Origin: Macrostomum lignano
Taxonomy: Eukaryota
Assembly (NCBI GenBank): GCA_002269645.1
Contig: NIVC01001416.1
Span: 83,197-147,196 of the forward strand
Length of the DNA: 64,000 bases
Reading direction: 5' to 3'
Shown here: positions 60,401-64,000 of the stretch, piece after piece
Layout of the letters: the number at the start of each line of letters is the position of its first letter
How positions within the stretch are numbered: the first letter of the stretch is position 1
Translations under genes and position numbers: made by a program
The notes under the pieces: model-generated
Told to the model about the DNA's origin: nothing
Database searches by the model: none
The model's input: the letters and a program-made list of their open reading frames with translations, nothing else

Positions 60401-63400
60401 AGTTATGGGGAGAGTGATGGAGAGTGATGGGGAGAGTGATAAGGAGAGTGATAAGGAGAGTGATGCGGAGAGTGATAAAAAGAGTGATGGAGAGTGATGG
60501 AGTGATGAAGAGAGTGATAGGTAGAGTGATGGGGAGAGTGATGGAGAGTGATGGGGAGAGTGATAAAAAGAGTGATGGAGAGTGATGGAGTGATGAAGAG
60601 AGTGATAGGTAGAGTGATGGGGAGAGTGATGGAGAGTGATGGGGAGAGTGATAAAAAGAGTGATGGAGAGTGATGGAGTGATGAAGAGAGTGATAGGTAG
60701 AGTGATGGGGAGAGTGATGGAGAGTGATAAAAAGAGTGATGGAGAGTGATGGAGTGATAAAGAGAGTGATATGTAGAGTGATGGGGAGAGTGATGGAGAG
60801 TGATGGAGAGTGATGGGGAGAGTGATAAAAAGAGTGATAGAGAGTGATGGAGTGATGGGGAGTGATAAGAAGAGTGAGGGAGATTGATAAAGAGAGTGAT
60901 AAGGAAAGTGATGGGGAGTGGTTGCTAGAATAACTCGAGATGAAAGACAAACTATATGATGCGATATTGAAACGACGAAAAACGAAAAGCCTCTTGAGCG
61001 AGATGCTCTGGGTCGATATATTTTATGAGCTGAGTGAAAGCGTACAATACACGTGAGCGTAATGTGGGGTGGGGCGATCGGTGAAGAGTGAAATGGTGCG
61101 ATCAATAATTGGGGACTGTACGTATGAGAAAAATAAATATTCTAACCTAATGAACGTACATTTAGCTATTGCAAACGAACCCCAGACGCAAAGTACAAGA
61201 AATACCACGAGACAGTGGCAGCTCCAGAACAGGGAGAGTGATGGAGAGTAATGGGAAAAGTGATAAGAAAATTGAGGGAGAGTGATAAGGAGAGTGATAA
61301 GAAAAGTGAGGGAGATTGATAAAGAGAGTGATAGGGAGTGATGAAGAGTGATGGGGAGAGTGATAAGAAGAGTGAGGGAGAGTGATAATGAAAGTGATGG
61401 GGAGAGTGATAAGATGAGTGAGGGAGAGTGATAAGGAAAGTGAAAAGGCGAGTGATGGAAAGTGAGGGAGAGTGATGGGGAGTGGGGAGAGTGGGCGAGA
61501 GTGAGATAGATAGCAGATAGATAGATAGCAGAGATAGCACAGAGACGTGAACTGTAAGAGCTGAGCTGTTTAGTAAAACGCAGTCATAACTTGAGAACTC
61601 AAACTGCTGCTAAAAGCTCAAAGAGGTGTTCCAGCAGCCAATGTCAGTCACTAGGCAACCAAATCTCCATCCCCCAATTTCCCAGGTGCTGAACTCATCC
61701 TCAGGCTGCTCCCAGATGCTGGTGCTGAACTCAAGCTCAGCTCCTGGCTGCCAGCTGCTCAACTGCAGCACCGATGAGCTGCTGAAGGAACTCGCTGCTG
61801 AGTGCGGCTCCGCTGTTGTCAATCCACTGGTTGCTATGCAGACTGGCGGCCCTAGCAACGGCTCCACCCGACACACAGTGAGGCTGGAACACCTGCAGCC
61901 AGGCTCAGAGTACTCAGTGAAAGTGATTCCCGTGAGCCAGACTCTCAGAGGAACTCCAGCTCAGGTCAAATTCGCCACAACTGGAGGCGGAGGCGGCGGC
62001 GGCGGCGGCGGCTCGATGACTATCGTGGTGGCGGTTGCAGTGTCGGTGCTGGTTGCCATGGCGATTGCGGCTGGCCTGTTGGGCTTGGTGTGGTACCGCA
62101 GGCGCAGCAGGTACGGCTTGTCGTGATTTCTGATTAGCTGGTGGTTGTTTGGGCAAAAATTTCCCATTTGGTGAGGTGGTGGGCTGAGTCTGTAAGATGA
62201 CTCAGTTGTGTGCATCAGCCATCGCCCAAGGTGGCCGTTATAGGCAATAAATTCCGCATCAATCGAACTATACCCTCGATTAGATCGTAGTCTTTTTTCG
62301 TTATTTCTCATGTTGTTACTTTTAGTAGCCTAGTTAGTAGCGTGGTCAGGGCAGGAAAGTCCGGATGTATTTTTAGCTTTATTCGAATTTAATTTAATTT
62401 ATTTTATCGACTTTTATCGGAATTTCGCTGAACTGGATTCTACTGACTGGGATTTCCCTGACTGGGATTTCCCTGCCTGTGATTTGCCTGCCTGGAATTT
62501 TCTGAATGGGATTCTACTGACTGGGATTTCCCTGCCTGGGATTTTCCTGCCTGGGATTCTACTGACTGGAATTTTCTGAATGGGATTCTACTGACTGGAT
62601 TTCCCTGCCTGGGATTCCCCTAATTGGGATTTCCATGACTAGAATTCCTCTGTTTGGGGTTCCGATGACTGGGATTTCCTCGCTTGGAATTTCCATGACT
62701 TGGATTCACCTGTTTCAGATTCCCGTGACTGGGATTCCCTGTTTGAGATTCCCGTCACTGGGATTCCCCTGTTTGGTATTCCCATGACTGGGATTATCGT
62801 GTTTGAGATTCCCATGACTGGGATTCCCATGACTGGGATTCCCATGACTGGGATTTCCATGACTGGGATTCCCATGACTGGGATTTCCGTGTTTGGGATT
62901 CTTCTGTTTGGGATTCCCATAACTGGGATTCCCCTGTTTAGGATTCCCATTACTGGGATTTCCCTGATTGAGAATCCACTAACTGGCATTTCACTGGCTG
63001 GGATTCTACTGACTGGAATCCCCCGACTGATGTGGGGCACTGGGGAATTGAATCAGGATACAGAATATTGGGAATACATGTAATAGAATTGGAGATATCA
63101 ATTTAAATTTTTATAAAGTTAGTACATAAGAATTATCGATTTTTTACTTTTAAAACAAGTTAGCGTTTATTAACAATTCACTGCATTAGTATTAGCTAAA
63201 ACCAATATTAATTCTTTTGTTTAATTGTCGAACAATATAGGAAGGACTCCGTACTCATTGATGAAAATGATAAGCGATATAAGTACGTTTCGTGTGTAGA
63301 TAATGTGCTTTTTAATAAAGATTTTTCAATAAATTATATAATACAGATTTGGGCTTGAAAATGGTGTTCTATTACAATACGACTTTCAAATAAACAACCT

Positions 63401-63618
63401 ACATATCAAAGCTTTATAAACAATCAATATGCTGTATTCCTATTCATATTGTCAATTATAAAGCAGCTTTACATGGATCTTGATCTTGAAATAAACAAAT
63501 TTCCAGTCAACCAGACAGCCAAGAGCCAACGACATCCATGAGGGAAATTTCTAATGGCATTGCAAATCCCAGAACAGAGCAGAGCTGCAGACGTCTGTAC
63601 CGAAGATTCCTCTCAATG
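45068..63618 (+). CDS. Unit B: FN3-repeat type I membrane protein, 11 exons visible, 3' end probably beyond the window
   Basis: Exons 45068-45476, 45738-45977, 47906-48175, 50630-50896, 52956-53228, 53307-53576, 54393-54677, 55878-56210, 56859-57982, 61686-62110 and 63507-~63618; GT/AG boundaries with in-frame joins. Confidence 0.85.
45738..45977 (+). CDS. B exon 2 (240 nt)
   Basis: ttgcag acceptor and a|gtgagt donor. Confidence 0.85.
47906..48175 (+). CDS. B exon 3, FN3 (270 nt)
   Basis: ORF 47965..48276; phase 1-1. Confidence 0.85.
48334..50445. mobile_element. TIR element of unassigned superfamily in B intron 3
   Basis: Ends CAAGGATCACTAGCAGTTACCGTAGTATCAGGA / TCCTGATACAACGGTAACTTTAATAGTGGTCCTTG form a ~33-bp imperfect inverted repeat; no TSD recognised. 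Confidence 0.55.
49870..50099 (-). mobile_element. tRNA-derived SINE with a V/Meta-type conserved core
   Basis: Head GGTTGTAGCCAAGTAGTTAAAGCATCGGACTTACGA...GGTTCGATTCTC has A and B boxes but no CCA or acceptor-stem end; it is followed by CAGTTCACTCAGCTGTAAAATGGGTGCC, resembling the V/Meta-SINE core. Confidence 0.7.
50630..50896 (+). CDS. B exon 4, FN3 (267 nt; one Gly codon shorter than exon 3)
   Basis: ORF 50689..50952; phase 1-1. Confidence 0.85.
52135..52741. repeat. 29-bp minisatellite (gctcagggctcagcggagctggcatgact)
   Basis: About 21 units in B intron 4. Confidence 0.9.
52956..53228 (+). CDS. B exon 5, FN3 (273 nt)
   Basis: ORF 52910..53251; phase-1 acceptor aatgcag|cg. Confidence 0.85.
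53307..53576 (+). CDS. B exon 6, FN3 (270 nt)
   Basis: ORF 53366..53653; phase 1-1. Confidence 0.85.
54393..54677 (+). CDS. B exon 7, FN3 (285 nt; unique to B in this window)
   Basis: ESAISVTWDA...LQSGSKFSLQIVV; ccgcag acceptor and t|gtgagt donor. Confidence 0.85.
54938..55165. repeat. 30-bp minisatellite in B intron 7
   Basis: gcatctcagcatgtgtccattgagtctctg, about 7 units. Confidence 0.85.
55512..55845. repeat. 17-bp minisatellite upstream of B exon 8
   Basis: Reverse complement of the 7070-7404 array. Confidence 0.9.
55878..56210 (+). CDS. B exon 8 (333 nt)
   Basis: Paralog of 6701-7033. Confidence 0.8.
56236..56835. repeat. 17-bp minisatellite filling B intron 8
   Basis: gagtgagtgttggttct, about 35 units. 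Confidence 0.9.
56859..57982 (+). CDS. B exon 9, large FN3 exon (1124 nt)
   Basis: ORF 56822..58024; 9 aa differences from A2. Confidence 0.9.
58028..58608. repeat. 20-bp minisatellite at the start of B intron 9
   Basis: gggactgaagggacagcgga, about 29 units. Confidence 0.9.
59490..61505. repeat. Purine-rich GAGAGTGAT(G) satellite, two blocks (59490-60910 and 61232-61505)
   Basis: The equivalent A2 intron holds only a short seed at ~3600-3680. Confidence 0.9.
61686..62110 (+). CDS. B exon 10: FN3 half + Gly10 linker + TM
   Basis: ORF 61626..62126; TM IVVAVAVSVLVAMAIAAGLLGLVWY then RRRS. Confidence 0.85.
62430..63025. repeat. 15-bp degenerate array (gggattcccatgact)
   Basis: Related to 2660-3000. 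Confidence 0.85.
63507..63618 (+). CDS. B first cytoplasmic exon (3' boundary uncertain)
   Basis: tttccag phase-2 acceptor; QPDSQEPTTSMREISNGIAN aligns with A2 RTDQNQQSTSMEKISKGLSN; candidate donor atg|gtaatt. Confidence 0.6.
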
Positions 63619-63654
63619 GTAATTCTTCATTTTGCATGCATTTTGTGTGTATAA

Positions 63655-64000
63655 TGACAGACCTGCTGACCCCTGCTGTAAGGTGAGACAGACCTGCTGA
63701 CCCCTGCTGTAAGGTGAGACAGACCTGCTGACCCCCTGCTGTAAGGTGAGACAGACCTGCTGACCCCTGCTGTAAGGTGAGACAGACATGCTGACCCCCT
63801 GCTGTAAGGTGAGACAGACCTGCTGACCCCCTGCTGTAAGGTGAGACAGACCTGCTGACCCCTGCTGTAAGGTGAGACAGACATGCTGACCCCTGCTGTA
63901 AGGTGAGACAGACCTGCTGACCCCCCTGCTGTAAGGTGAGACAGACATGCTGACCCCCCTGCTGTAAGGTGAGACAGACCTGCTGACCCCCTGCTGTAAG
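63655..64000. repeat. 31-33-bp minisatellite running off the window end
   Basis: gtgagacagacctgctgacccctgctgtaag units. Confidence 0.9.

Noticed and set aside
55496-61105. Long ORFs made of HSAHSVTQLTV, RTNTHSEPTLTQ, PSVPPLSLQSL or SLSITL repeats, and antisense ORFs over the GC-rich exons
   Set aside because: Intronic minisatellite translations or shadow frames of real FN3 exons.
6108-64000. CRISPR-like arrays
   Set aside because: All arrays are head-to-tail tandem repeats without unique spacers, there are no cas genes, and the DNA is eukaryotic with spliced genes.

Overview
Eukaryotic (metazoan) genomic DNA: spliced GC-rich exons sit in AT-rich, minisatellite-packed introns. The style suggests a free-living flatworm such as Macrostomum, but that is inference only. 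The window is dominated by three paralogous, exon-modular fibronectin type III (FN3) cell-surface receptor units in a divergent, inverted layout. Unit A2 (minus, 8666->1828) looks complete: 7 exons, 923 aa, signal peptide, FN3 repeats, TM helix and a short tail with two Tyr motifs, one ITIM-like. Unit A1 (minus, 26186->~17570) has a signal peptide, 4 FN3 exons and a C-type lectin domain absent from the other units. Unit B (plus, 45068->beyond the window) has 11 visible exons including tandemly duplicated FN3 exons; its membrane-proximal ectodomain is nearly identical to A2 but its cytoplasmic exon is strongly diverged. All FN3 cassette exons are symmetric phase-1 exons. Between the arms lie a single-exon MICOS10 gene and a sharply bounded ~11 kb CpG-depleted block of decayed hAT/Mutator-type DNA transposons and MITEs with readable TIRs and TSDs. 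LINE, copia and SINE relics and about 20 tandem arrays are also present. Most long ORFs in the supplied track are repeat artefacts. Exon coordinates were read by hand from GT/AG sites and phase consistency; no database searches were run.
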